Part shown: one piece after another, positions 9,990 to 18,828 of the stretch | Layout: the number at the start of each line of letters is the position of its first letter | Position numbering within the stretch: the stretch's first letter is position 1 | Assembly (NCBI GenBank): GCA_964348725.1 | Contig: CAYGDG010000002.1 | Span: forward strand, 64,202-128,201 | Length of the DNA: 64,000 bases | Reading direction: 5' to 3' | Source of the DNA: an uncultured Candidatus Saccharibacteria bacterium | GTDB lineage: Bacteria; Patescibacteriota; Minisyncoccia; Phycocordibacterales; UBA9973 | The notes under the pieces: generated by a model | Databases searched by the model: none | Told to the model about the DNA's origin: nothing | What the model saw: the letters and a program-made list of their open reading frames with translations, nothing else | Position numbers and translations under genes: made by a program

Positions 9990-11041
9990 TCATCGCTAAA
10001 AGGGTAAAGAGTTCGGAATGCATACGCTGCCACCAGTGGCACCACGCCGTTTCCACAGGCGCGAAGTCTGTCCACCCGATTGGCCATCCCATCAGCCATT
10101 CGGTGAACAGAGGGTTTAAGCGCATCTGGGACATGTCCCCATTGCTCATGGCCTCCCGGTGCTGGTGGCCAGAGCGGAATGCCATGTTCGGCAATGAAAT
10201 CTGCCCTGTTTCCCGGTGTTTCATACCGGGGCTGTCTTTCCAGTCCCGCGCCATCGGGGTTGGCCACGCTTTGGCTGTCTCCGCTAGTCCCGATCCGTGC
10301 GTTGCACTGGTGGATCCTGGCTCTTGCGCGCGCGGTGTCGGCCATTGCACTCTGGCTGTCCGATAATCCTTGCCCGCTTTTCGGGCTTGAAGATCCTGTT
10401 TCGTGTAGGGGAAGCCGTCCGGCTGCATGACTGTTTCCGCCAGTGACGGTGTTCTCAGCACATTCCGACCGTCTTTGCGGATCATCTTTTCCGGCGGGCG
10501 GGCGCTGCTCACCGATGCATCTGTCGCCGTGACGGTAGGCCAGGATAAAGAGGCGCTCTCGCTTATGCGGAGCACCGACTTCTTCCGCTGTAAACAAACC
10601 CGCCGCAACGCTGAAACCCATTGATCGTAAGTCATCGTGGACTTGTTCAAACCCCAATCGTAAATGATGTGAGACGTTTTCGAAGAAACAGATCTTGGGT
10701 TCGATGGTACGGACGATTTCCCGTATGAACGGCCAGAGGTGGCGCGGATCTTTTTCCGCGCGTTTGGCTCCGGCAATGGAGAATGGCTGGCACGGATATC
10801 CCGCAGTGATGATATCCACGCGTCCACGCCACGGTTCTGGGTCGAAGGATTTAACGTCAGACCAGACAGGCGCCGCATCCATCGTTTCATCCGCCATGCG
10901 CGCTGCAAGCTGCGCGGCGGCATAGGCTTCCCCCTCGACATAACAAACGGTTCTTGTTCCAGGCATTGCGAGTTTAAGGCCGAGTTCAAGTCCGCCCGCC
11001 CCAGAACAGACGGACAGCACTGTTGAGGTATGATGATCCAC
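9986..11041 (-). CDS. dcm: DNA (cytosine-5)-methyltransferase, possibly frame-disrupted
   Basis: Frame A carries C5-MTase motifs I (SVCSGAGG), IV (GYPCQPFS), VI (ENV), VIII (RERLFIL) and X (CGNGVVPLV). A co-extensive second frame (9976..11043) carries WPTP repeats and NPLFTEWLMGWPIGWTD. Confidence 0.7.
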   Translation of the reverse strand: MDHHTSTVLSVCSGAGGLELGLKLAMPGTRTVCYVEGEAYAAAQLAARMADETMDAAPVWSDVKSFDPEPWRGRVDIITAGYPCQPFSIAGAKRAEKDPRHLWPFIREIVRTIEPKICFFENVSHHLRLGFEQVHDDLRSMGFSVAAGLFTAEEVGAPHKRERLFILAYRHGDRCIGEQRPPAGKDDPQRRSECAENTVTGGNSHAAGRLPLHETGSSSPKSGQGLSDSQSAMADTARARARIHQCNARIGTSGDSQSVANPDGAGLERQPRYETPGNRADFIAEHGIPLWPPAPGGHEQWGHVPDALKPSVHRMADGMANRVDRLRACGNGVVPLVAAYAFRTLYPFSDE

Positions 11042-11043
11042 AC

Positions 11044-11643
11044 TTAACGTTTCGGTTTCAAAGCTGGTTTGTTGGCATCGTCCAAAACACGGACGATCTC
11101 GTTGTATAAAATCTTATGAACAATGTGACGGTCGTTCGTTGCCGCAAGCTCTGCATCAAGCCGATCAGGGATCGTCAGCAGATTATCGCGCAAAGGGCGG
11201 AAATGTTTGAATATCTGTGTTTCAGCTTCGTCACGGTCGATATATTTTCCGGCCTCAACCTTGGCCTTAATCTCCAATAATCGCGCTTTTTCGGTTTCGC
11301 TTTTGATCCGTGTTTTCAAAAGCAGCGTGGGCAATTCCGATACAGGAAACCTGCCGGACATTTGCGTAGGCGTTGCGGGTGGCGCTGTATCCTGTGCGAG
11401 CGTTTGCGTGCTCCGGCGTAATGGCCGGGCAGGTTCACGCCGAGCTTCGAGGATTACATCAGCCTCATCACGGTCAATCTTGCCGCGCTTCAGGCGTAAA
11501 ACTTTATCCCTGACAAGCTCATGCACATACTGCCTGCTGAATCCTTTATATTCAGCGTAGGCTTTCTGGCTCATCAGTTCGGTCATAATGTCAAGTAAGT
11601 GATGTTTTGGCATTCCGGCTTTACGCCGAATAACCACGAACAA
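11044..11643 (-). CDS. HTH DNA-binding protein, possible terminase small subunit (Nu1-like)
   Basis: N-terminal HTH-like MSQKAYAEYKGFSRQYVHELVRDKVL, then a charged coiled region. First gene after a 280-bp noncoding gap in the late orientation. Confidence 0.3.
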   Translation of the reverse strand: MFVVIRRKAGMPKHHLLDIMTELMSQKAYAEYKGFSRQYVHELVRDKVLRLKRGKIDRDEADVILEARREPARPLRRSTQTLAQDTAPPATPTQMSGRFPVSELPTLLLKTRIKSETEKARLLEIKAKVEAGKYIDRDEAETQIFKHFRPLRDNLLTIPDRLDAELAATNDRHIVHKILYNEIVRVLDDANKPALKPKR

Positions 11644-11922
11644 TCAGTAGGTTAGACGGAAAGTGTCAAGTAGGTGTGTCAAGGAAGTTGAAACCCCAGA
11701 CGCTAAAAAACTCCCGCGCGTTCCCCGCCCCTATACGTTTCGGCCCCACAGGACCCGCGAGATTTTGTAAGTCAAGTTGATTAGGGGCGGTTGCAGCAGC
11801 AAATCGCGCATTTCTGTCCAGCATAGAAAAACCATACCCCAAAAATCGAAAAAGTGTTTCAGGGAATGTGTGTTAACGGTGTTGCAACACTGTTTCAAAT
11901 GGCTCGTAAGCATGACTGGCTC

Positions 11923-12366
11923 TCAAAAACGCTTGAGTTTGTTCTGGTAGTCACCATCGGGATCATTGTTGTTCAGGATTGCCGCCAGACGATTTGTCCC
12001 CACGTTGAGGTGCCGCCAGAGCGTGGTCTTGCTGCTGTTAAAATCATGCTCCAACACTTTCCATGGAATGTTATTGGCGCGTGCCCATATCACCCGCTGC
12101 TCAATGACGTTGAGCCATCGCAACCAGCGCATGACCTCTTCCATGAAATCCACCTGCTTGGGCAGCGCGTAGTTGCGCCGCTGCCTTGCGTGCAGCATGG
12201 CGTAGTAGCGTTCCCAATCATCCTTGAGCGTTTCCGGCCACATGGAATGATAGCCGGGGACGCGCACCTCCGGGATGCATTTGTGGATCTCGGCAGCTTC
12301 TTCCATAAACGCCATCACAATCTTTTCTGTCCAGTATGGTTCTGGGGGTGGGCCGATCATTTTCAT
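11923..12366 (-). CDS. Hypothetical phage protein with C-terminal HTH
   Basis: MKMIGPP start at 12366 overlaps the upstream stop in an ATGA arrangement; GGAAGGAG RBS. HTH-like SSKTTLWRHLNVGTNRLAAIL. Confidence 0.5.
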   Translation of the reverse strand: MKMIGPPPEPYWTEKIVMAFMEEAAEIHKCIPEVRVPGYHSMWPETLKDDWERYYAMLHARQRRNYALPKQVDFMEEVMRWLRWLNVIEQRVIWARANNIPWKVLEHDFNSSKTTLWRHLNVGTNRLAAILNNNDPDGDYQNKLKRF

Positions 12367-12569
12367 TGGGACTCCTTCCGCTCGCCGTAGAGCTTCTCTG
12401 CGATTTGTTTGACCAGTTCTTTTTCCGGCCATGTCAGACGGCTGTCAGATGGGGCTACGTTCAGAACGCCTTGCTTCCGCCAGGCGGCTCTGCGCATCAG
12501 CTCCATTTCATCTTCGTTTTTGGGGCTTGCACCTGCTGCTCTCCCCAGTGGGCATTGGTAGTGGCTCAT
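12363..12569 (-). CDS. Hypothetical small phage protein
   Basis: 68 aa with AAAGGAGAAAGG RBS before the ATG at 12569. Translationally coupled to the downstream gene. Confidence 0.5.
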   Translation of the reverse strand: MSHYQCPLGRAAGASPKNEDEMELMRRAAWRKQGVLNVAPSDSRLTWPEKELVKQIAEKLYGERKESQ

Positions 12570-12592
12570 GGCCTTTCTCCTTTCTTTTCGGG

Positions 12593-13192
12593 TTAAAACG
12601 GGACGTCATCGCCCTTCGACCAGTCGAATGGCTTGTCCTGCTGTTGGGACGGGGTTTCTTTTTTCGTGATGGCAGTGACTTCTGCGCCGGGAAAAAGCTG
12701 TTTGATTTTGGCCACGTTCTCGTCCATGCCATCAATCAGCTGGGCAATCTCGGTGATCGTCCATGTTTCCAAATCCGGTCTGGCAATGGCGTGTGCTTCA
12801 GCGGAAGTTTTGACAATCGCCACAACGCGGCCAGATACCGGAAGCCGCACTTCCCAAATATCCGCCGATAAGACAGGTTGCTGGCTTCTCGTTGCTTCCT
12901 GATCCAAAGCCTGCCAGGCGCGTTTCATGCCGCCCACCTGAATATCGATGAGGGTGAGATCACCGGATTGCAGCGCTTCATCCAGCAGATCTTTTTGGCG
13001 ATAAAAGGCTGCCCGCATCTGATCGGAGACAAGCAGCGGCAAGCGATCCACGCCCCATTTTATTTCCATCTCTCTGGCCAGATAATCCAGCCCTTCGGTG
13101 AGGGAGCGTTTTTTGTAATGATCCGGCGCCATGGCCTGCTGGGCAGCACGAAGGGCATCGGGGTTGACGTATGGCTTGCGGTATTTGTTCAT
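12593..13192 (-). CDS. Hypothetical phage replication-module protein with SSB-like acidic C-terminal tail (…GDDVPF)
   Basis: GGAGG RBS before the ATG at 13192 (MNKYRKPYV). The C-terminus DDVPF resembles the SSB-Ct DDDIPF motif. Confidence 0.45.
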   Translation of the reverse strand: MNKYRKPYVNPDALRAAQQAMAPDHYKKRSLTEGLDYLAREMEIKWGVDRLPLLVSDQMRAAFYRQKDLLDEALQSGDLTLIDIQVGGMKRAWQALDQEATRSQQPVLSADIWEVRLPVSGRVVAIVKTSAEAHAIARPDLETWTITEIAQLIDGMDENVAKIKQLFPGAEVTAITKKETPSQQQDKPFDWSKGDDVPF

Positions 13193-13268
13193 GCCGCACC
13201 TCCGGCAAGATCCGTCAGAGACCAGATCGTATTCGGACGCCGCGCAGCGCAAGCGCGGCTTCCGAAAT

Positions 13269-13411
13269 AGATCCTTAAGGATCTAGGGAACAGCTTCCGC
13301 AAATGCCTACTGAATAAAATCAATAAGTTAAAGGGTATGCTTCCGCAGCTTCCGTAAACACTTCCGCATAATGAAATCAATGGTTTGTGTACCATGCTTC
13401 CGCTCCTTCCG
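13269..13411. repeat. Iteron cluster (GCTTCCGC x6) plus 16-bp palindrome AGATCCTTAAGGATCT; putative replication origin
   Basis: Palindrome at 13269-13284. The heptamer CTTCCGC/T recurs at 13293-13300, 13339-13346, 13348-13355, 13360-13367, 13396-13403 and 13404-13411, spanning the 3' end of the primase-helicase gene and the downstream intergenic region. Confidence 0.6.
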
Positions 13412-15572
13412 TTTTTTGTTCCGGTAATTTGATCAGGCGATAACCTTTGAGTTTTGAACTTGAATTGACCATTTCTGAGGTGATGATGCCGTCATCCACC
13501 CACTTGCCCTGAAGGGTCTGGGCGACTGATTTGGTGATGCCGAAATGCTTTTTGAGAAATTTGACGATAAATCGTGGTCCGGTGTTAGGTGCCTGTGATA
13601 CAGGCTCTCCGGAATTCCAGCGCTTTTCGATTTCTTTCAGGATCTCGATCTCTGTTTCAAAATCCGGATACCCAATCTCATCCGGATCCAGATTGCTTAA
13701 GTTCAAATCCTGAACGAGAAGACCGCTTTCTGCCCTGGCGTATGTATGAATAGCCTGTAGTACATCATCATTGGTTTTGACGATGGCGCCTTGAATGATG
13801 GCGTTTTCTTCAAAATCCCGGCCTAAAAACTGACAGCAGATACGGGCGTAATCTTTGTCCGCTTGCCACAGTGCATAAGCACCGCGCGCGCCGTCCACCA
13901 GAGCTGTTGAGCCGCGTATCGCTTCCCGCGCTCCGGCAACACTGGTGATGTTGTGCATGCCTTCTTTGCGCATGTGATGCGTGACGATAATCGTTGCCCC
14001 GGTCTCCGCGCAGATTTCCGCAAGCGCCGACCACATAAACTGTGCCGCCGCCGGATCCGATGTGACATCCGCCATGATGAAGGCTTGAAGCGGATCAATC
14101 ACCACCAGCTTTAAATCCGGCAATTCCAGCAGCTGGGCTTTGAAGTCATGGAAGAATTCTGTTTTCTGCGGAACACCGTTTTCTACATCAATCAGGGGCC
14201 GCGGGCCAACGCTGGGCATGGGAACAACAATCAGCCGGTCGCCTGCCAGCACGCGTTTATCGGCTTCATCGATTTTATTGAAGCGGCGGTGAATGGTTTC
14301 GTAACTATCTTCTGCCGCCAGAATGACCGCTGTGCCGTGTTCCTTCAGTTGCCCGCCGAAAACGCGGTACGGAAATGACATTGATGTGGTGGGCAGAGAA
14401 ACATGCAGCGCCAGATCCAAAGCCATATAGCTTTTTCCGACACCGCCCATTGCCGCCAGCAGGATCGGCACGCCAAGGGGAATTTGATTTTCAACCAGCC
14501 AGCGTTGCTCCGGCGCTTCCCCTGCATATTTATGGCCGTTCCAGTCTTTCAAAACCAAGGATGGGATGGGCGTGAGTTTCGGCTGCTCCAAAAGAACCGA
14601 CGGGTTTTGAATGCTCCATTTGTCCCGCGCGCCTTGCAGCATCTTTAAAACTTCAATGCGGGTTTCCTCGCGCGTGTATCCGGCTAAAGTCAGGCTTTCC
14701 GCAGCCAGCAGAATTTCCTGATCCGACATGCCCGCATTCACCCAGTGGGCAGTGAGCTTGACCATATTTCTGTGCCATTCCCGCCCGGCGCGAATATTGG
14801 CGATACAGCCATCGACCGACAGCCCATTCAGATCGGGCAGATTTAATGTACTGTGATGTGTCACAGGTGTTTGTGTGTTTTCGGGAAGTGTCGCGGAAGT
14901 CTGCGGAAGTTGCGGAAGGACATGTTTTACAATGTTTAGAAGTGCTTCCGCTGGAACATCAGGCCGTCCCAAAAGCTGGACTTCCGTCACTTCCGTAACG
15001 CGCCCTGGCTTGACCGGCCATGCAATAGAACCACCCAGCCGCATGACGCGGGAAGGATTGACGACCGTCTCATCGCCGCTTAAGGCCACCGCCAAATGCT
15101 TATTGAGAGACCGGGCTTTATCCGGATCTGCTTCCGGCTCGTCCAGCCGCCACCATAATTGCGCGCGGAAATGAGGATGCTGCCCTGTGATCACCACCAG
15201 TGTCGGGCCGAGCGCACCATAAATCTCGCGGGCTTTGGAGGCTACGCCCGGCTCATCCAGATCAACGTAAGCAGCTGTTAAAGAAATGAACGCGTCATCA
15301 CTGGTGCGTTTATGATCGGGCAGTCCTTTTTTGCGTAAGGCCGCGCCGATATAAATATTGCTGCCCTCAGCATTACGCGCAGCGGCAAAATCAGGAATCT
15401 CACCAAAATCGGTAATATCAAAAAGCCGGGCTTTCGAGAGCGCATGATTATTCTGCGGATCTGTCCATGCCAACTCAATCATCCCATCCGCATGGGTTTC
15501 ACCAAACAGATGCGTCAGCTGCAACAGCATCGCTTCTTTGTTCGGTTCTAAACGTGATTGATCGGCAGTCAT
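13377..15572 (-). CDS. Bifunctional DNA primase-polymerase (PrimPol) / AAA_25 RepA-like helicase-ATPase
   Basis: PrimPol motifs AAYVDLDEPG and ITGQHPHFRAQLWW. Walker A ILLAAMGGVGKSYMALDLA of the P4-alpha/RepA-like ATPase family. Confidence 0.85.
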   Translation of the reverse strand: MTADQSRLEPNKEAMLLQLTHLFGETHADGMIELAWTDPQNNHALSKARLFDITDFGEIPDFAAARNAEGSNIYIGAALRKKGLPDHKRTSDDAFISLTAAYVDLDEPGVASKAREIYGALGPTLVVITGQHPHFRAQLWWRLDEPEADPDKARSLNKHLAVALSGDETVVNPSRVMRLGGSIAWPVKPGRVTEVTEVQLLGRPDVPAEALLNIVKHVLPQLPQTSATLPENTQTPVTHHSTLNLPDLNGLSVDGCIANIRAGREWHRNMVKLTAHWVNAGMSDQEILLAAESLTLAGYTREETRIEVLKMLQGARDKWSIQNPSVLLEQPKLTPIPSLVLKDWNGHKYAGEAPEQRWLVENQIPLGVPILLAAMGGVGKSYMALDLALHVSLPTTSMSFPYRVFGGQLKEHGTAVILAAEDSYETIHRRFNKIDEADKRVLAGDRLIVVPMPSVGPRPLIDVENGVPQKTEFFHDFKAQLLELPDLKLVVIDPLQAFIMADVTSDPAAAQFMWSALAEICAETGATIIVTHHMRKEGMHNITSVAGAREAIRGSTALVDGARGAYALWQADKDYARICCQFLGRDFEENAIIQGAIVKTNDDVLQAIHTYARAESGLLVQDLNLSNLDPDEIGYPDFETEIEILKEIEKRWNSGEPVSQAPNTGPRFIVKFLKKHFGITKSVAQTLQGKWVDDGIITSEMVNSSSKLKGYRLIKLPEQKTEGAEAWYTNH
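14883..14996. repeat. Second iteron cluster inside the primase-helicase interdomain linker (GCGGAAG x3 direct, CTTCCG x3 inverted)
   Basis: GCGGAAG at 14893-14899, 14903-14909 and 14912-14918. CTTCCG at 14945-14951, 14981-14986 and 14990-14995. Same heptamer as the 13.3-kb cluster. Confidence 0.5.
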
Positions 15573-15638
15573 TAAAATTCAGCTTTCAAAAAAGGGGGTT
15601 GCCCGGCGTAATGCCGGACAACCAAGTTGCAGGGAGGT

Positions 15639-16376
15639 TTAGAAGACGGGTTTATTGAGGCCGCCACTGTCCGGCTGAGGTGAGGCCGATTGAAAGGAGT
15701 TATCCGTTTGCGGCGGCTGGACAGACGTGGCGGCCTGAGAAGGTGGTGGAGCTGGCTGTGCAGCTTTAAACCCTGTGTTCGCTTGCTGGGTAGGTTGCGC
15801 GAACCCAGACTGGCTTACGAATTGCTGCTGGCCTTGATTGTTACCGTCATCTCCGAGCGGTTCATCAAAGGCCGCCGGACGATCAATCCATCCAGTGATC
15901 TGGAAGCTTGGGATGTTCGTACGGCCACCTTTGCGGCCAATCTGCGTAGGCGTTGCGCCGACATATTGAACAAGAGGCACCTTGCCGGGATTTTGCGCGG
16001 CGGCTTGCTCATAAAGGGCATAGAGCCCTTTGATGCCCTCAACGGCGCCGACACCAGTGGTAGCAAATTCACGCAACTGGAACGGTGCATATTGCTGTGG
16101 CAACAGGATCAGCACATGGAAACCCTTTTTCCATTCGCGGCCATCATTGGGCTTGGGCGCCTGATGTTCCAGTGACGGATCCCAAACCCATTCAGGAGCC
16201 TGATCTTCTTGGAAACATCCCCATCCTGTTTTGATTTTGCCAAAATCAAAGAGGCATTGCGGAAGCTGTATGGTTTTCATGCCTTCGTCAGTTGAGAGCA
16301 TCCAGCTGGCGGTTCCGGCCATATAGCGGACATGAGGCACTGCATTGGCAGAGCGTTCGAGGTTATGGAGTGGCAT
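15639..16376 (-). CDS. Hypothetical phage protein with Gln/Pro-rich C-terminus
   Basis: 245-aa ORF between the nuclease and primase genes, in the position often held by a single-strand annealing or accessory recombination protein. Function not recognised. Confidence 0.45.
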   Translation of the reverse strand: MPLHNLERSANAVPHVRYMAGTASWMLSTDEGMKTIQLPQCLFDFGKIKTGWGCFQEDQAPEWVWDPSLEHQAPKPNDGREWKKGFHVLILLPQQYAPFQLREFATTGVGAVEGIKGLYALYEQAAAQNPGKVPLVQYVGATPTQIGRKGGRTNIPSFQITGWIDRPAAFDEPLGDDGNNQGQQQFVSQSGFAQPTQQANTGFKAAQPAPPPSQAATSVQPPQTDNSFQSASPQPDSGGLNKPVF

Positions 16377-16408
16377 TGGTCATTTTCCTTTCTTAATTTA
16401 TGCGTTGT

Positions 16409-17224
16409 TTAAAAACCCCAAAGCTCTCTGGCGGCGCCTGCCGTCAAAGAGTCCCAGCGGAAGTTTGAATAGTCGGGGATGGTGATCTGGCTGAGTTCCT
16501 GCCAGTCGCTGGAAAGGGATAAAAACCGCTGCAGACAATGTGCAATGCCTGTGGCGGTATGAATGGCGTAAGCGGCAGCCTCCGGTGTTAATTCCAGAAC
16601 GTCCGCCTTACTTTTCGTGACGTAGGCAAATCGCTGTGCCCGGTTGCCGGAAGCCTTCCAGTACACCGCGCCTTGCAGCTGGTGATCGAAAGACATGTCG
16701 GTTGGCATGCGCGCCGTGGTTTTGAGGTCGATATCAAGGCCATGTTGATCGAAGGAAAAATCCTTAAAGCCGATCAGCGGCACAGGAATGCCATCAAGAA
16801 AAACTTCAATGCGATGCTGTTTTCCGGTTTCTGGCTTTGTGGGGATTCCGTATGGGCGGAGTGTGCGAAGCGCGGTGCGCACCATACCGTCCCAGGCTTG
16901 CTTTCGTCCCTCTGCCGGGCGGCCAGTAATTTCCTCCAGCTTGTTCTCCCGGTCTTCCTGATCAAAGCCGAGCGCCGTCTTTTTCAGATATTCATCTTTG
17001 GCGAATTGAATAATGGCCTCTTCATCCATCTCCGGATGATCAAGGCCGCGGGCAACGGCTTCTTCCACTGCAATCCCGGCCAGCATATTGACGCTTTGCT
17101 GTCCTTTGACTTTGCCGAGATAACGAATGATCCAGAGGGGTAAATTATCGCGGGCGAGATTGAGGCTTGATGCAGAAAGATGTTCAATGCCGTGTTTTTG
17201 AAATGGGTTCATCACAAGCCTCAC
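16409..17224 (-). CDS. PD-(D/E)XK family nuclease (phage exonuclease/Cas4-like)
   Basis: …LIGFKDFSF…GLDIDLKTT… fits motif II/III (D … D/E-x-K-T) of the RecB/Cas4-like nuclease fold. Confidence 0.5.
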   Translation of the reverse strand: MRLVMNPFQKHGIEHLSASSLNLARDNLPLWIIRYLGKVKGQQSVNMLAGIAVEEAVARGLDHPEMDEEAIIQFAKDEYLKKTALGFDQEDRENKLEEITGRPAEGRKQAWDGMVRTALRTLRPYGIPTKPETGKQHRIEVFLDGIPVPLIGFKDFSFDQHGLDIDLKTTARMPTDMSFDHQLQGAVYWKASGNRAQRFAYVTKSKADVLELTPEAAAYAIHTATGIAHCLQRFLSLSSDWQELSQITIPDYSNFRWDSLTAGAARELWGF

Positions 17225-17409
17225 TTCTTCCGGCTTGATTTTTGGCGCTTAACACCATTCAGCCATGCTTTGAGCTTGCGGGCTTTTTGATAGGCTTCCT
17301 CAGCACTGACGATCAAGGCTTCAAGCTCATGATCCGAAAGTGCCAGCAGGTCACCAACAGGTGTTTTGTATATGTCGTCTAGTTCGAGGGGGCGTTTATC
17401 GTTTGTCAT
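17221..17409 (-). CDS. Hypothetical small phage protein
   Basis: 62 aa. AAGGAGA RBS embedded in a perfect 10-bp hairpin. Confidence 0.45.
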   Translation of the reverse strand: MTNDKRPLELDDIYKTPVGDLLALSDHELEALIVSAEEAYQKARKLKAWLNGVKRQKSSRKK

Positions 17410-17565
17410 TTCGCTGATCTCCTTGTGTGTAATGGAGATCAGCTTGGGTTATTCAGGGTGGTGAGCGCGTGGTGAGGGGTTGGTGCTCAGCTTATGACGG
17501 GTTGGTGATGAAGGGTTTTTACTTTGTAAATACGGAATTAGATTCCGAATTTACAAGGTGTTTGA

Positions 17566-18828
17566 TTAGTCTCTGTAGCCTTCAAACGCATAGGAATTCA
17601 TGAACATACGCTCCTTGAACAAGGCTTGGTCAATCGGGGATAAATCCGCGTCCTTGCAGACGGAATCCCAATTTTTGTTAATGGACGCGATCTGATGCTC
17701 AATAATATTTCGTGCCTGGTCTTCGCTCAGCATGAAGCTTTTTGCCGCCGCCAGACATGTGATCAAACGGCTTGATCTATCATTTCCAGCAATCATCATC
17801 GCCTGACTGGCCTCGCCGCCCTGACGCATTTGTGGGCAAATATCGTAAGCTGGCGTCAGCGTGAGTGTTTTTCCATCCCAGAAGGCCGCATGATTTCTGG
17901 CGTGGTCATCGGTATTACCGCATAGAATATTAAACACAATCCGTGAGAACAGCTCCTCCAATGTTGCTTTCGGATTTGTAAAACGGTGACGGATGATCTC
18001 TGCCAGATCTTCATAGCTGGCATAATGCGGTGTCATTTCATCCAGCCCCAGCAATGTTAATCCAGACAGCATCAATTTACGCGTCCAGCCTTTTTCGCTA
18101 TATGCCCGGTCAAATCGCTCAATCAGCAAAACATCCTTTCCAGACGTGCGCGCTAGTTTTACAGGAGCTACGTTCAAACCACACAAACCTGCAAGTCGCA
18201 TCGCCATAAACTCGGCCTTGATAACGTTGTATTGATCGGTGCTGGATGAAAATTTAGCGATGTATTTTAATTGTTCATCGTTGATCAATGCCTTTGGGCG
18301 CGCCCCACCAATCGATGTGCCATGATTGATAGCTTGTGCCAATTCCGGTGTTAGCGGAATACCTTTTTCAACCAACTCGGCTGAGTGCAATAATTCTTCA
18401 AGGCTTGCTCCGCCAGAAACTCTTGGCTCGTAAATTTTAGGAGAGCTTTGAAAATCAAGTCCTCCAATACGGTCAGAGCCGGACTCCATCAAATAAGTAA
18501 ACTCATCCAAATCGCCAGGATCAGCGGTTCTACCTTTTGCGCCAAGAAGCTTGTTCAAAATGACGCGTCGCCCCCAGGCATCCGGTGCCGCGTCACGAAT
18601 ACAGCCCGGCATAGCTTCCGTTCCGAATGTTTTTTCCTGCACGCCACTCTTCAGAGGCAACTCTTTATCATAAATAGAAATAGCATTCGAACGCTCAAGA
18701 TAGCTCTGACCATACGCGAAAAGAACACGCTTATCCGCCTTGGTTGTTTTTCCAGCAACAATTGGCTCAGTTTCCCCTGGCAACCAGATCCATACATAAA
18801 TTTCATTGGTGGCGGGCTTAGAAGTCAT
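17566..18828 (-). CDS. hipA: HipA-family serine/threonine kinase toxin
   Basis: 420 aa, HipA_N plus HipA_C. Catalytic DDHARNHAA motif and SIGGARPKA loop. 11-nt overlap with the upstream Xre gene. Confidence 0.85.
   Translation of the reverse strand: MTSKPATNEIYVWIWLPGETEPIVAGKTTKADKRVLFAYGQSYLERSNAISIYDKELPLKSGVQEKTFGTEAMPGCIRDAAPDAWGRRVILNKLLGAKGRTADPGDLDEFTYLMESGSDRIGGLDFQSSPKIYEPRVSGGASLEELLHSAELVEKGIPLTPELAQAINHGTSIGGARPKALINDEQLKYIAKFSSSTDQYNVIKAEFMAMRLAGLCGLNVAPVKLARTSGKDVLLIERFDRAYSEKGWTRKLMLSGLTLLGLDEMTPHYASYEDLAEIIRHRFTNPKATLEELFSRIVFNILCGNTDDHARNHAAFWDGKTLTLTPAYDICPQMRQGGEASQAMMIAGNDRSSRLITCLAAAKSFMLSEDQARNIIEHQIASINKNWDSVCKDADLSPIDQALFKERMFMNSYAFEGYRD

Noticed and set aside
9976-11043. 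Second 355-aa ORF co-extensive with the C5-methyltransferase gene
   Set aside because: Not called as an independent gene. Its conserved-looking segments are best explained as displaced parts of the same dcm locus (see finding).
14883-14996. Short direct repeats as a CRISPR array
   Set aside because: The repeat unit is only 7 nt with 2-3 nt spacers inside a coding region. No cas genes are present, so they are iterons, not CRISPR.
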